Notes under the pieces: generated by a model
Seen by the model: only the letters and a program-made list of their open reading frames with translations
What the model was told of the DNA's origin: nothing
The model's database searches: none
Assembly (NCBI GenBank): GCA_964016885.1
Contig: OZ024742.1
Span: forward strand, 353,586,001 to 353,650,000
DNA length: 64,000 bases
Reading direction: 5' to 3'
Origin: Eledone cirrhosa
Taxonomy: Eukaryota
Part shown: piece by piece, positions 28,400 through 44,553 of the stretch
Numbering within the stretch: position 1 is the first letter of the stretch
How the letters are laid out: each line of letters begins with the position of its first letter
Position numbers and translations under genes: made by a program

Positions 28400-28750
28400 A
28401 ACTCTCTCCCGTACACTGCTTCAACCGGTGGTCTAAACCTAGTGAGGATGGTGTTTACACTGCACCACTTGGCGGAGTATCTGCACCTTACTGCCAGGTC
28501 AGAAGAAGTCCATGTTTGACTCAATGGCCATGTGTAATGGATTAAACCTAACACAGAAGTAATGGAGCCCCAAAACCAGCCAATATAATGCAAAAACTGT
28601 TTCGGTATTTCATGCAAATAAGGTTGTGCCAAAAGCCATGCGGCGCCTTCATTTGGACACCACCAGTAAGGCTGAGAATTGGACCCTGATGACTGGGCAA
28701 CCCAATAACCCCATCCCTTATGCCCAGGCTGGCGCCCAATGATGATGATG
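28400..28750 (+). mobile_element. Probable SINE or RTE-derived short element with (TGA)n tail
   Basis: GC-richer non-coding island ending in ATGATGATGATG; family not firmly recognised. Confidence 0.4.
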
Positions 28751-29823
28751 TTGTAAAACTATAATAATATTATAAGATGTAATATTACGAGTCTACATTA
28801 TTGAAAAAATGAGCTGCCTTAACATATTTAACTGCCACATTATCAAACACGTTATATAGATTAATATATATTTGTGGTAAATAATCCGAATATCTATTCT
28901 ATTACAAACAATAACAATAACACTGAGGAAAATAATGAATGATTTGATGTCAAAAGAAATGAAAATTTATTTGAAACGAATTAAAAATTTAGCAAGTGTA
29001 CTACTTTGTTTTAAAAACCTGGTTGTATATTATGTTTTTTTTTAATTTTGTTGATTAACAAATTATAATATGAAAGTTTTATATGTAACCTTTGACTGCA
29101 ATATTCAATTTGTTCTATAATTCTCGTCTCTTCTCCATTTTTCCTGAAATACTAATTGTATTTTGCTATTCCGTTTTAATTATATTTTCATATTCATTTG
29201 AAATCTGTTTATGTTTGACATATATTTCTTTTTCATATTTAAGCTTTATAGATTACTTAGATAAAAAGTGAACAAAAAAAAGCATTAATCAAACAGAAAT
29301 ATTTAAGTTATTCGAAATACTAAAATCTGAAACTGCAAATATTTAATTAGTATTGATTATAAATGACGGGAATTTTTACTCAGTGAATTTGCACCTGTGA
29401 TTATGCAGACTGTTTAATGAGTTTTCACTTTAATACAATGTAAATCATATAAAATGAAATAATGGCTAAATAATTAAGATATGTGAAATTCAATTTTATA
29501 GCATTAATTGTGATTTATATCGTGTGTTATGGGGACATATATAAGATATTTTCTTATTGATAACGTTAGTACTATTGTATTGCTAGAATAAAAGAAATGA
29601 AATAACGGAAATGGAAACATAACGATAACAAATAATTTTGTTATATTAGTTTCCAACATAGGTTTTATGTGTCCTTATTTGTCCCTGAATGCTTTCTTCT
29701 CAATCATTCACACTAAAATTCTTTTATTTTTCACTGAAATGAATTCCGCGTTTGCTCTCTGAATCATTTTATTAAAATCACATGATACAAGACGTTAACA
29801 GATTACTTCATTCGGCGTCACTT

Positions 29824-30120
29824 ATCTATCTATCTAGGGCGGGTAAAATTCCCTGAGATCCATGGACGAATTCTCTCCAGCGGTCTCTGACCCTCATCAC
29901 CAATACCATGCCCTGCGTCTACAAGAGACCAGTGCCTGTCCTTAAGGCATCATCAACATATGTCAACCTCGGTCTTCCTCTTTCAGTGTGTCCATGCAGG
30001 GGCTCCCACAGGAGCACTGAGTGCAATAACAACTCTGGATGTTGGTGAGCATGTCCATCTAACCTCAAACTCCTTTGTGTCACTTTTGAGCTGACATTTG
30101 GAAGGCTCCCGTACAGCTCT
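29824..30120 (-). mobile_element. RTE-group (Proto2/RTE-like) LINE 3' end
   Basis: ELYGSLPNVSSKV..RLDGHAHQHPE..VLLWEPLHG..RGRPRLTYVD; (TAGA)n tail. Confidence 0.75.
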
Positions 30121-30879
30121 GAGTATACTTAATATCATTCAATAATACTCTAATATAGTAGCTAATATGATTGAACTGTCAAAACCATGGAATACATATT
30201 GATGGCGATTGACCGATCACTATATCATGTATCGTTCTAGCAGTTATCCATGCATCACCTGAAATTGAATAATCGAATAATTAAATAAAACAAAATAATC
30301 TTAATTTCTAATATCAAATTAACTTCATCAACTGTAGGATGTTTTTTTTTCAAGCAAAAACATATTATCTGTTGTCGCTTTAATATAACTTTCTATTCAG
30401 TACAATACGTCTCAATGATGTGTCGCCATATATTTAATACTTTATCAATAGCATAAGATAATAATATCTATATCTTTTTCTCTCATTGTTTATATAGACA
30501 AATATTTGTATATATGTGAGGGTGTGTATGTGGGGTTGTGTTGCATGATAATAACACACTCAATATTGGAAGACGGTATTGTACAACTATATTATATGTA
30601 AGCTAAACTCAGTATATTGTGGTATAAATGAAATACCATTATGGTTATATTAAATATAGTATCATTGCAGTATATCCAACAGTTGTGCTGATGACTGCTT
30701 GAAATTTCGTTCTCATTCTATAATACCCAGCATATTAACACAATATATTAAGACAAATTAATATATTTGATAATATACAGTTCTTCCACAATCCAGGGTC
30801 TCGTATACATTCAATGATTTACATAACCCTAGAATCTTAACGGTACTCTACTTTACCAAACTGCATGAATGAATGTTAA

Positions 30880-31235
30880 TAATTGTTTCTACTTTTGGCA
30901 TAAGGCAGCAACTATCCCAGTTATTACTGGTACTTTATGTTATCGACCCCGTAAAGATGAAAGGCAGGGGTTTGAGCTCAGACTGCAAAGAGCCGTAACT
31001 CTATGCTGCAAAGCATGGCGTCCGACCCTCTACTGGTACTGCCAATTCACCGCCCTTGAATGTTAATAATTGTTTCTACTGTTGGCACAAGGCCAACACA
31101 TACCCAGTGCATTACTGGTACTTTATTTTTTCGACACCATAAGGATGAAAGGCGAAGTTAACCACGGCGGGCTTTGCATTCATGCGTCAAAGCATGGCGT
31201 CCGACCCTCTACCGATACTGCCAATCCACCGCCCT
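30880..31235 (-). mobile_element. Head-to-tail SINE dimer
   Basis: Two copies with different internal deletions, separated and flanked by TGAATGTTAATAAT. Confidence 0.88.
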
Positions 31236-31499
31236 TGAATGTTAATAATGAATGTTAATAATGGCGTTTGTTGACACGTAATTTAAACGATAAAAGCTAG
31301 ACCATATGTCTGACGTTGTATTAGAGTTACTAGCAGAAGAACCACCCTCGGGCTGTTTTCTGCTAGAATATTGAATTTGTATATCGCTATTATACAAAAA
31401 TATATATAAATATAGATATGATATGTAAAATGAAAGGTAAATTGACAATATCATCATTGCCCACTTATTTCTGAGAGCGTCGTGGGACAGAGTCCTACT

Positions 31500-31660
31500 T
31501 AAACATTCCTTCCAAGGAGTCTGTCAAAAGCAAATATCTCTAACTGATCCAGCTTGGTCCCGTAGCATAACCAGCCAAGCTAATTGATGTTATCCAACTA
31601 TATTGCTCAGTGTCTACCTCTGGGTCTCTTGCCTGTTGGTTCCGCCTTGAAAATCGCCGC
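31500..31660 (-). mobile_element. Degenerate RTE LINE 3' fragment
   Basis: PTGKRPRGR..LDNI..LGW remnant. Confidence 0.45.
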
Positions 31661-33118
31661 CTCTGAGTTTATGACATGATAAAAACATGCTGCTTCATTC
31701 GTCTCGAGGTCAGAAAGTAAATAATATTTATCTTTTCATTCTTTTCTTTGCTTGTTTCCTTAAAGTTTACCATAAATTCGGTGGTATACATATGTTATGC
31801 AATTTAAACCTGAAGATGTCACTAGGTTCTTACGCAACATGCCCAATGAAATTTGCATAGTGGTTAGAGAAAAAATAACCAACATTTTTGCCTCCTATAA
31901 TTTTACATCATAATGCATTTACTCTGTTCCCGCATCACCAACATGATTCCGCATCAACGATGAATGATTTGCATAACGTCCAGTGCTTTCCTTATATTAT
32001 ATCATGGTTGATATTGAAGAATGTCAATGCTACCCAGTTGTAAACCACCAAAATTTAAACGTATATATATATATATATATATAACGGGCACAAAGCTCTC
32101 AAATTTAAGTAAGCCGACAAAATCGGGTAAGCGCATATACACACACTGTCATATTACCACTTAAGAGATTTGGCGGAGCAAACATCCCCTCAATTTGGAA
32201 ACCGTCTGGATTGTCCAGAATTCTTGGGAAAAGACCTGATGCCCCATGTCATGAGGCAGGTGCCTTATCTGAGACATCACATGTATTTTGCTTCTTCCCA
32301 CCTCCTACTTGCATCGGTAAGAGCGAGAGCTAAAGCAGGGAACAACATCCTAAAATACCACATTCCAAACAATGACGTCCGAGACGTTTGTGTCAGTCGA
32401 GCTATTGAAAGCGAGTTTCCTATCTGCATTGGCGCCTGACCCAACCAAGGTAACTGCTGATGCCTGTGTGGATGATTAGTTGTTCCAGTACATCAGCCTC
32501 GCTGTTAGCCGAGATAACGCAGCGAGCCTGTAGGCTTGCCACAGTAATTATTTTCTTTTGCTCTGGTAGCAGCTCGTTTCTCCACCACTTTCACTGTATG
32601 TCTTTTATTGTATGTGGTCCTAGATGTGTGTATTAACTGTTTGTTTATATTTTCTCTCCTTTTTCTTCTTTCTTTTTTTCGTTTCCCTTTGCTTTGTATA
32701 TATTATATTTGTTTGTATTTTCGTTTTGTATGCATTATAACTTTATATTTTTTTATACTACTTTCAATTAACCTGTAACAAGAAATGTGGTTTAAAAAAA
32801 AGGTTGATCTGTGTTAAGAAAATATAAACAAAAAGTTATAATTGATTATACCCTCCCATTTCCAAATGTATAGAACGCTGCTATCTTGCTGTATGTGAGT
32901 GTATGTGTATGTGTCCTTTTGTGAAATGCATATGTGTGTGTTCGTGAGAATGCATCTATGTGTCTGTATTATTGTGTCTTTGTTACCCCGATTATAGTTC
33001 TACACTCATACAAAGAAATGTATGTATATTCACATACACACACGCACACACATACACATTTGCATCTGCGTCTTGAAAAAAGTCCTAATGTATTCGTCTT
33101 TCTCTTTCACTCCCTCTT

Positions 33119-33199
<81 letters not shown>

Positions 33200-33200
<1 letters not shown>

Positions 33201-33365
33201 GTCACGAAACGTAAGTCAAATGCATGAACTCATAATCATTTATTTATAGTTATATATATTTCGATGATAGCCATTGAATGGCTACGACCTCATCAGGTAG
33301 TTAGTCAGTTCTTAGATATGCCACCAATGTGTTTATAGTGTTGATGGTATCAGAGCCTTGGGACA
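33200..33365 (-). mobile_element. About 165-bp HHR-bearing module between (TA)n tracts
   Basis: Reverse complement CTGATGA-GGTCGTAGCCATTCAATGGCTATCATC-GAAA-TATATA-TA at about 33247-33300; related to the 46164 HHR; stem I poor. Confidence 0.65.
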
Positions 33366-34747
33366 TATATATATATATATGCCACATAGTCACTATATCT
33401 ATCTGTACATCTCTCCTCACACATTCTCATTCCTTTCCGCTCTGTCTATATATATATATATATGGGACTTGAATTGGTGGTGTAGGCGGTGATATACCGG
33501 AAGTTGAAATGTGAAGCTTTTAAAAGAAGTGAATCTTGAAATAAGCCATATAGTAAACTGTTTTTGTTTTATCATGATTTACGAAATTTAGAAGATAAAT
33601 TATACAATATTTATTCATTATTTGTTCCAATTAATCAAATTTATTTTACTAACCGGCTAAATAGTATAAAAAGGACGCTGTCCCGCACTCCTCCATTTAT
33701 TATATATAACATATCTATATGATTTACATGCTTATATCGCTATGTTTAAGAAATTACACTCGCTGGATATCTGCTCGATCTGACTTTAACAATTTAGGTA
33801 TGTGTCGCATTAATAATTTCTACTCTTTACAAAAACTAGTTGCTAAGTTTTCGAAATTTGTTGAGATTATTACAAAAACAATATTGATGACATTTTCCTT
33901 TGTTACTCCCTTTAGGCCTTCCAATAATGGCATAAAAAATATATTTAAATATTATAACTTCTAATTTTTTAAATTCCCTTTATATATATTATATTTGATA
34001 AACATTAATTAGAAAATGACTTAAGCCGGAGAAACATTGGCTAGGTTAATCTAATTTACTGCGCGCTATGGTCAAACGCTGACAAATTTCTTCATATCAT
34101 TTCATTTAATTTATTTCACTGAATCCTTATCATTAAGCTCTTTTCGTTTTAGTTCCAAGTCATAAGATAAAATCCCGTTTTATTTTCTTTATTTTTTGCT
34201 CCTTTTATATAAAAGAGATTGCTAGTTTTGTTTTACTATTTTGTTGTGTTTGTAAACATGTCATTTTAAGTTTAGACTTTGATTTCCGTAATTAAATTCA
34301 GAAATGCATGTTTACAGAAGCCATTATTGACAAAAATATTACATTAGAGATAGTATAAAGGAAACTAAAAGCTATTATACTGCTTTCTTTATTAGGCATG
34401 GAATTAGCTTCCAAAGAGATAATATAGAATCACTGTAAATATACTGGGCTGGGTTTTAATAGTTACCAGGCCCATTCAAAGCCGAAGAAATCAACACCCA
34501 TTTGATTCAATGAGGCAATAATATATATTTGAGTCGTACTTTAGGAAAGACATGTTTCACTCTAGCATGCAGTTGTGCTTATTACAAAATCAATGAAGAT
34601 GAGATAACCAAGCAAACTAAATATATAATTAAGCTATAGTCAACACGTCAGTATACCTATAGGTATTTGACACCGACATTACTGCAGATCTACAGGCTCT
34701 TCCTGGTACGTGCAATTCATGGGTTATGTATATTAAAGGAATACAAT

Positions 34748-34778
<31 letters not shown>

Positions 34779-34834
34779 GTAATCTGAGTTTTTCGAATAT
34801 TAATAATAATATCCGATTTTTTTGCGATAATATT

Positions 34835-34913
<79 letters not shown>

Positions 34914-35041
34914 GTTTTCATGTGTGTGTGTGTGTGTGTCGTGCATGTGTGTATATGTGTGTGTGCGTGTGTGTATGTTCATATGTATATATAGAATATA
35001 TAAATATACATACATTATACATGTATGTATATATTTTTAGG

Positions 35042-35072
<31 letters not shown>

Positions 35073-35449
35073 ATATATGGTGTATTGAAACAAACTTTCT
35101 TTCGTTGGATGCTGCTGTATGCATTTTAGGATTGCTCATATCTTTTCGGGAAGTATATGATAGCTATTTTATAGTTCTATGAAACGAGGATACCATTTCT
35201 TGTGGCTTAAATAATATTGTTGTGTAAACAGAAAAGAAACACACAGTTCAAGAACACAATGAAGAATTATATAAGCTGATATGCATAATGCTTTGAATGT
35301 CCTATAAATCAAATTCAATAAAGTATTTTGACCATCTCAGGATAAAGTGGGATCACCGCAATGTACACGTGTAGAACTAAAAGATGGCGATTGGCATCTA
35401 AAATAACATCACATAATGAAACTGTTTGCTTGCAAAATAATCCAAAATT

Positions 35450-35606
35450 ATGCTTTGCAGCAAAGAGTTACGGCCCTGTGTGGTCTGAGGTCAAATCCCG
35501 CCGAGGTTAACTTTGCCTTTCATCCTTACGGGGTCGATAAAATAAACTACCAGTACCGCTCTGGGATAATGTCTGGCCTTGTGCCAAAAGTAGAAACAAT
35601 TCTTAT
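35450..35606 (+). mobile_element. tRNA-derived SINE, 5'-truncated
   Basis: Core and tail match 533-725. Confidence 0.88.
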
Positions 35607-36138
35607 TTAATATAAAACTCGCGAATACATTTACCTATCCGCTATTTTTCAGCGAAAAGCAAAATCTGTTGTCGTTTTTAATTTTTGGCAATATCAGCCG
35701 TAAAATTGATCGGTATGCTATTGATGTATACTTTAGAGAATACTATATAGTCTAAAGATATCTAGTGAATGGCAGAAATTTAAAGGGTAATAACCCGGAA
35801 ACAATATTATCGCTTTTTTTTTTGTCACCGCTACAGCAAATCCATGGCGATGGTCATCTAACGAACATAGCGGATGAGGCTGTTCGCTCGGAAACGAATT
35901 TAATGTATTAAACATGTTTATTCGTTATAAAACTCAGGAATATATTTACGTAGCCGCTATGTAACAGCGAAAACAAAACTCGAATATTGTTTTTCATACA
36001 TATACATGCATAAGGTAACATTTGAAGCTCTAGTTAAACTTTAATTAGTTACCTACCTAGCTATCTCTGATTACACACTGTACAAATTATCCCATGTGTT
36101 TATGCTGAAATATGTATATATGTCAATATATTTTTAGT

Positions 36139-36183
<45 letters not shown>

Positions 36184-36244
36184 ATGTATATATATATATA
36201 TATATACAATATATATATATATATATACATATATATATAGAAAA

Positions 36245-38090
<1,846 letters not shown>

Positions 38091-38181
38091 CTACTAAAAA
38101 TATATTTTAACATGTTAAAATATCTCCCACTCAATTACAGACACATTCCTACTGACCATCCCTCTACCACGAATTACTCTG

Positions 38182-38290
<109 letters not shown>

Positions 38291-38611
38291 TCTTAATAGG
38301 CATGTGAACTGTCAACAGGCTGCGGTTCGCACACACATCCCTGCTAACCAGTATCACAACAACGAATACTTTACTACTACTACACACACACACACACACA
38401 TATTTGTTGTGAAAGAGTCATTTCTCACTCAGCCGACACAAACCTCATTTGGCGCAAAATCAATTTTTTACATTCACATGACCTCTACCTACCAATCAAA
38501 ATTGTTTTGACCACAAGCATTTTTGCAACACGAATTGGCGCAAAACCTATTTTAATACCGCTGGAGCCACTTTTTTAACATAAAAACAGCTAGAATTCTC
38601 AAAACTAATCA

Positions 38612-38794
38612 GATCAGAGTAAACATCACGGACGCTCTATCTCAAAATTATTTTTGAAAAGCATTAGAAATGCGCAACCGGTAAAACTTAAAACCAAAAC
38701 TGAATACTAGCCAATACAATTACTAATTCTCACTTATTCCTAATTAAACTATTTTTCACTGTGAACAATTTGTCACCATTTTCTATTCCGTTTA

Positions 38795-38798
<4 letters not shown>
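38612..38798 (+). mobile_element. pLTR-like module (family G) with 36-nt HHR variant at 38651-38686
   Basis: Aligns with 62310-62505; TTT-TTGAAAA-GCATT AGA AATGC-GCAA-CCGG-TA-AAA; ends in (TA)n. Confidence 0.7.
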
Positions 38799-38841
<43 letters not shown>

Positions 38842-38871
38842 AGATATACTATATATTATATATATATATTA

Positions 38872-38928
<57 letters not shown>

Positions 38929-38979
38929 TTATTATATATCGAGCCCTCTTCGGATTTTAGTGTTCGAATTTATTATTAT

Positions 38980-39014
<35 letters not shown>

Positions 39015-40621
39015 AATCTGTGTCTATGTGCGTGTGGGTATGTGTGCTTGCGTCAGGTCTCCATAGGCACGTAGGCGTGTGTGGGTATGTGGGTGTGTGG
39101 ATGTGTGGGTGTGTGTGTGCACATATTTGTGAGTGTACGTCCAGATAACGGAAACATAAAACGGTATGTTGTTTCGGTTTGCTGATAAATCACGTGAATA
39201 AAAATATCATTTCATGTCCTGTAAACACAAAAATAACATGGAGCACTTGAAATCAAAAATGTTCTTCAATTTCAAATTTGAACCACTTCCGTATTTCTAA
39301 AACATAACAGTTTAAACATAAATATGTATTCTGTGAAGTGGAATAATAAATGTACAAATAATAACGAAGCCGGATCCGTTGTTTACATGAAAACGTCTTA
39401 TAGAAATTGAATCGGTTTTGAAATGATATTCGTATATCTAATTGAAGATGGTTGAACGAAATATCAAATCTAGAGGGTAGAACCTGTCTTCTATAATATC
39501 AGCATAATCCTCATCATCACCAATATTTTCCAACATTATCAGAGCCTAGCGTTCCAATAACCGCCGTTGAGATTAATTATATTGATAAATCATCTTAGCT
39601 AATTTCGTAACTAATAGCTTACGTGAAATCGTGTGCTACGGTTAATGAAAATATTGATCCTGTGTAGAATCCTATTCTATCTGTCAGTCTATGTGTCTAT
39701 AAATGCTGGTCACTTCATATCATTCGGCAGAACGTTCTCAATATCAACATTTCTAAACAGACTGACAACACAATATTTGGCAGGTATTCTATTGTGAACA
39801 TTTTCTGACACGTCTGGTTTTAGAGCTTTAAGAATTTTAATTAATTAAATTTCGGTGCTTAGGTGCGCATCGAAGGTGATGTATTTCATGTGATGCCAAG
39901 TAGAAAATAAATAGAGTTAAAATGTAATATTATGTATGAACAATGATAGTGGAAATCATTTGTCAAATCTATTATCAATTCATTAGTATTGGAGTATCTA
40001 AGGAATTTCCACATCACAGATTTGGAAGGAGTTAACGAACACTGTACCTATCAAGTATGTGGTGAGAAATGTCAGTTTTGATTCGTGCAGCTATACACAT
40101 ATGAATACCCAGGCATATAGATATATAACATGGGGTTAATCACTCATGCATGGCTCAATTATAAACGTATTTACTCAGAATCAGTGAGAATTATTTCTAT
40201 TGGATGATATGGACAATTATAGTTATATGTATCTATTAATAGTAAACTGCAGTGTCATCACTTTCTGCTCTGTTACACCAAATCAGAATGATATTATCAG
40301 GTGTAAACAATAAATAAGCTTAAGGTGGATTGACTGGTGTGGCATATATCGATGGTGGTATATGAGGAAATGGTTTCCCATCTAGTACTCGAGGATCAGC
40401 TGATGAAGGGCGTTCAATCAAGAGTGAAGATATGCAAGTAGTACTTATATATTTATATTGTCTATTTTAAAAAAACTTAATGACGTCAACATTTAATAAA
40501 TATCTATGGCATGTGGTGTCCTTTGACAACGTTAGATGGGGACCCACAATATTTCATATATAATAGGGGCATTTATATTAATAAAAAAAGAAAACTACCT
40601 ATCACCAGCGATTATAGATAT

Positions 40622-40836
40622 AATAATAATGGTTTCTTATATAGGCACAAGGCCAGCAGTATTTGGGGGAGGGGAACTTCGATTAAATTGACCCAGTACG
40701 TGAGTGGTACTTTATTTTATCGACACCATAAGGATGAAAGGTAAAGTGAACATCGGCGGAATTTCAACTCAGAACATAAAGAGGCATAACACTATGCTGC
40801 AAAGCATGTCTTCCGACCTTCTACTGATACTGCCAA
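40622..40836 (-). mobile_element. tRNA-derived SINE, variant subfamily with longer 3' part
   Basis: Same core; extra segment before the CCTTGTGCC tail. Confidence 0.85.
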
Positions 40837-41102
40837 TAATAATAATAATAATAATGTTTTCTTTATTAGCCACAAGGGTTTACATAAGGTAGACATTAAG
40901 GACAGTACAGGAAATACAGGACGGTACAAATGGGCATTTTTACGTGTAAAAAAAACAGAGGATGTAATAAAAAAATAACAATGAAAAATTCCCCAATATG
41001 GGGGGAGACTTCCGAGGGACATTTGTGGAGAAAGCCCATTAAAAGGCCACAGTGACCATGACCACCAAGGCAAGTGCCCTCTCCCAGTCTTCCACCTTTA
41101 AT

Positions 41103-44100
41103 TTACAGACACATACTCAGATTAGGCCCATTCACTCGGGGCATTCTTGCTTCTCTCACCCATCTTTCAACAAAATGCTGGGAAGAGAGCACTTCCCTCT
41201 CTACTCTGATTTTCCTTTTGAAATGAAATTTGAAAAAGTCAATCAGGGCATCGCCGAAGAGGTAAGTGCTCGTCTTCAGCCCTTTCAAACGTGTCCACCA
41301 TACTATCTCTTTCGCCATGGCCACCAGACAGATAAAAACTGCCTGCCCTTCCCGGCTAAAGGAAGAGGGCGGGGCATTCCTCACGATGGACTCAGATGAT
41401 AGCTGGATTCGTCCTACACGCGACAGCAGGTGTTCGACATAAACCCACAAGTCAGCAATGCTCGGACACTGGACGAGTGCGTGCAGGACGGTTTCGTCGC
41501 CCTGCGCGCATCTTGGACATGGCCGGCTGACGGCACCTCCATGCCTGTAGAGTTTATCCCGAACTGGCAAGGCTCCTCGGTAGCACTGCCACGCCAGGGA
41601 TTTCTGGAAGTTGTCCATAGGCCCCAGCCCGAAAGTCCTTCCGAAGAGATTGGCTAGTTGGTTTTCGTCGACGCCTAGATTTTCTCCAAGTACGTCGTCC
41701 CTCTTCCCCTCCACTAATCCTATATAGAAGGCCAAGGTGGAGTTTCCACTGATCACATTGCCCGATTGGTCGAGGGCTGTGAGCGCCTGAAGACATTCCA
41801 GTCTCCAAGCGCCCCCTCTCGGTCTTCGCTTGAGCCAGGACTACTGCTCCGTCATGGAGACGCCTGGGAAAGACGTGTCTAGCAAACAGAAACCACACCT
41901 GATCACCTTCGAGGAAGAGGTGGAGATGCCGTAGCCTGAGCGCGTGTCTGCGCATCATCAGCCACGGCATGCCCAGCCCTCCACGTAGCGGGTGTTGACA
42001 GCAGATGGACCGCCTGACCATCGGAGCGCGTCCCTTCCACAAAAAGCGAAAGAGCAAACGCTCCAGCGCAGTCAGTTGGGGCTTAGGACAAGGTACGACG
42101 GTAAGGCGGTAGTAGATGACGGACGCGATGGACGCTTTGGCCACCCTCGCTCGGCCGTTCAGGGATAGCTTCCTCACCGCCCATTTCTGGGTGATTGAAG
42201 CCACCCTGCTCTTCACGTCGTCCCAGTTTTTGTCCGGCTGGAGGTCCGGACCGAACCAGAAAACCTAGCAATATAACCGGTCCGTCGGTCCAGCGCCCGA
42301 CGACGCTGTTGGACGGCATGGACCTGCCTCTACAGATGCCGAGCTGCAGGCCCACTTACTTTTCCTGGTTGATCATTGCTCCTGTCATCGCTTCGTATCC
42401 ACTTAGTATAGTGCCGATCGCCTTGATGCGTTTGACGTTCGACACCACTACGGTGACATCGTCCGAATATGCTGACGCGGATCTTCCGCATCCTAGTTCG
42501 CGCGGGACCCCCCTCAACGTCTCCAGTTTGTGATGTAATGGCTCCAGAGTCAATACGTACAATAGGGACGAGAGGGGACATCCTTGGCGGACCGAGCGCA
42601 TGATGTTGAAAGGTTCCGAAAGGTGACCGTTCACTCTCACCACAGAGCGGATGTCGCTGTGCATGGCAGCGATCCAGCCACTGAAGACGGGCGCCATGCC
42701 AGCCGCCCTCAGGACTGCCGCTAGGTAACGATGGTCGACCCTATCGAAAGCTTTCGACTGATCTAAATTAATCAAGGACCCACCCGTGCCAGGTTCCCTA
42801 GCAACCCTCTCTACGATGTATCGCATGAGGTGGAGGTTGTCGTGGATGGATCTGTCGGGATGGCGTACGGTTGTGCCTCTCTCACCAGACCACCAACGAT
42901 AAGCGCCAACCTCTTTGCTAACACCTTGGCCAAAATTTGGAACTCTATGTGTTTAGCAGAGTTATGGGCCTAAAATTATATATGTTATCCCCATTGTTCG
43001 GATCCTTTCTCAACAGCGCCACAGCTCCAAGGCTCACAGAGCTGGGATTTCTCCCGTTCCGTTGCCAGTTGCAGTAGACGTCCGCCAAGAGGTCTCCGAA
43101 CAATCTGGCATCTGTACGTAAAGTTGATAGGGCAAACCATCCAAACCAGACGATTTAACCCTTCTGCAGCCAGTCATTGCATCCAGTACTTCAGCGTCTG
43201 TTATCGGTATTTCGCAACATAGTGGCCGAGAGCCGCGGCAGTCCGTCGAGGTAGACACTAAATCTAACCCTCGATTCGGCCCGCTGCTGACCCCGAACAG
43301 CTGGGCGAAGTGTCGCTGGAAAGCTTCACACATTTGCCCGGATTTGAGTAGCATGCGCCCGTCGTGGTCCACCAAAAACCGGATCGTGGCTTTGTTGCCA
43401 CGACGCGCCTCCGCCACTCGGGCCCATTGAACGGCTTTCGTCCCCTCGTGTCTGAGAGCACGCACCCTAGCTCTGACAACGCAGCCTTCGTGCTTTGCAT
43501 TGAATAATTGGTCAAGGGCCAATTTCGCCGCAACTACGTCGGTCACGATGCCTTTGCTAAGCGCCTCGGCTAATTTTCTATATAGATCCCCTTCTGCTCT
43601 ATTTTTCTCTATTGCTAAAGCCTTACTGAATCTAATGGACTCTATTCTAATCGCTCTTTCCAGAGCAAACGACCACTTGTTGTTGGCGATGGCCCCCGTC
43701 AACGCCGCTTAACTAATTTGCTATGCTGTCTCTGTAGGCCTTGCACGCTTGTAAGGACGCGTTTAGCTTCGAGTAACCGGGTCCTCGTCTATGAAGCCTA
43801 TCTAAGTCAAGCACACAGATCACGAATTTGTGGTCCGTGTAGCTGACTCTCTTGAATTGTGGACAGCCTATGGTAGACCTATCTATTTCCCTACAAAATA
43901 CTCTATCTAGATATGATATGGATGACCCTATGCGATTTGTTCAAGTCCACATTGGCACATTCGGGAAATCCAATCGGTACCTGTCAGACAGTTCAAAACG
44001 CCTGAGCAGGTTGGTGAGGCTCTTGCAATCTCCTCCTCTATCGGCTAATCCCACACAGACCCAGCGTGCATCTAAGATCCCGTTCCAGTCGCCCACTAAC

Positions 44101-44510
44101 ACTAAAGAGCGGGACGTCCCAAGAAAGGTCTCCAGACGCCGGAAGAAATCAGGCCGCTCGGCTCATGTCGGGGCATAGACGGCCACTAGCCTGAAAGCGT
44201 GCCCGTCTCCGCTGGTCACGTCCAGCACCACCAACTCACCTTCTGGGTTCAGGCAGATGGCCCGTATTGCGAGATCCAAACCTCTCCGAAAAAGCACAGC
44301 AACTCCTCTCCCCGATCGCGGACGGCTGGGAGATGCGTACACATCGTAGTCGCCGAAGATTGGTGCGAAGACCCGTGCTTCGGAGATTCTGGTCTCGCTG
44401 ATGGCCACTACATCTATGTTTAGTGACCTGAGGTCGTTGAGCAGGTGGCCTTGCTTCCATTACGACCCCAAGCCACGCGCATTTAAGCTGCCTATTCTGA
44501 GTGTGGTCAT
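41103..44510 (-). pseudogene. Tx1/L1 ORF2 (APE, RT, C-terminal CCHC)
   Basis: IGSLNARGL, VAISET, AVYAP, LDQSKAFDRVDH, VRQGCPLS, AYSDD, GGLG, CPRC..ETVLHALVQC; multiple frameshifts. Confidence 0.92.
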
Positions 44511-44553
44511 GTTGAAATGGAGTGGAAAAGATGGGAAATACCACTTATCTTAC

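Noticed and set aside
40395-40445. CTGATGA as an HHR core
   Set aside because: No stem II or GAAA follows.
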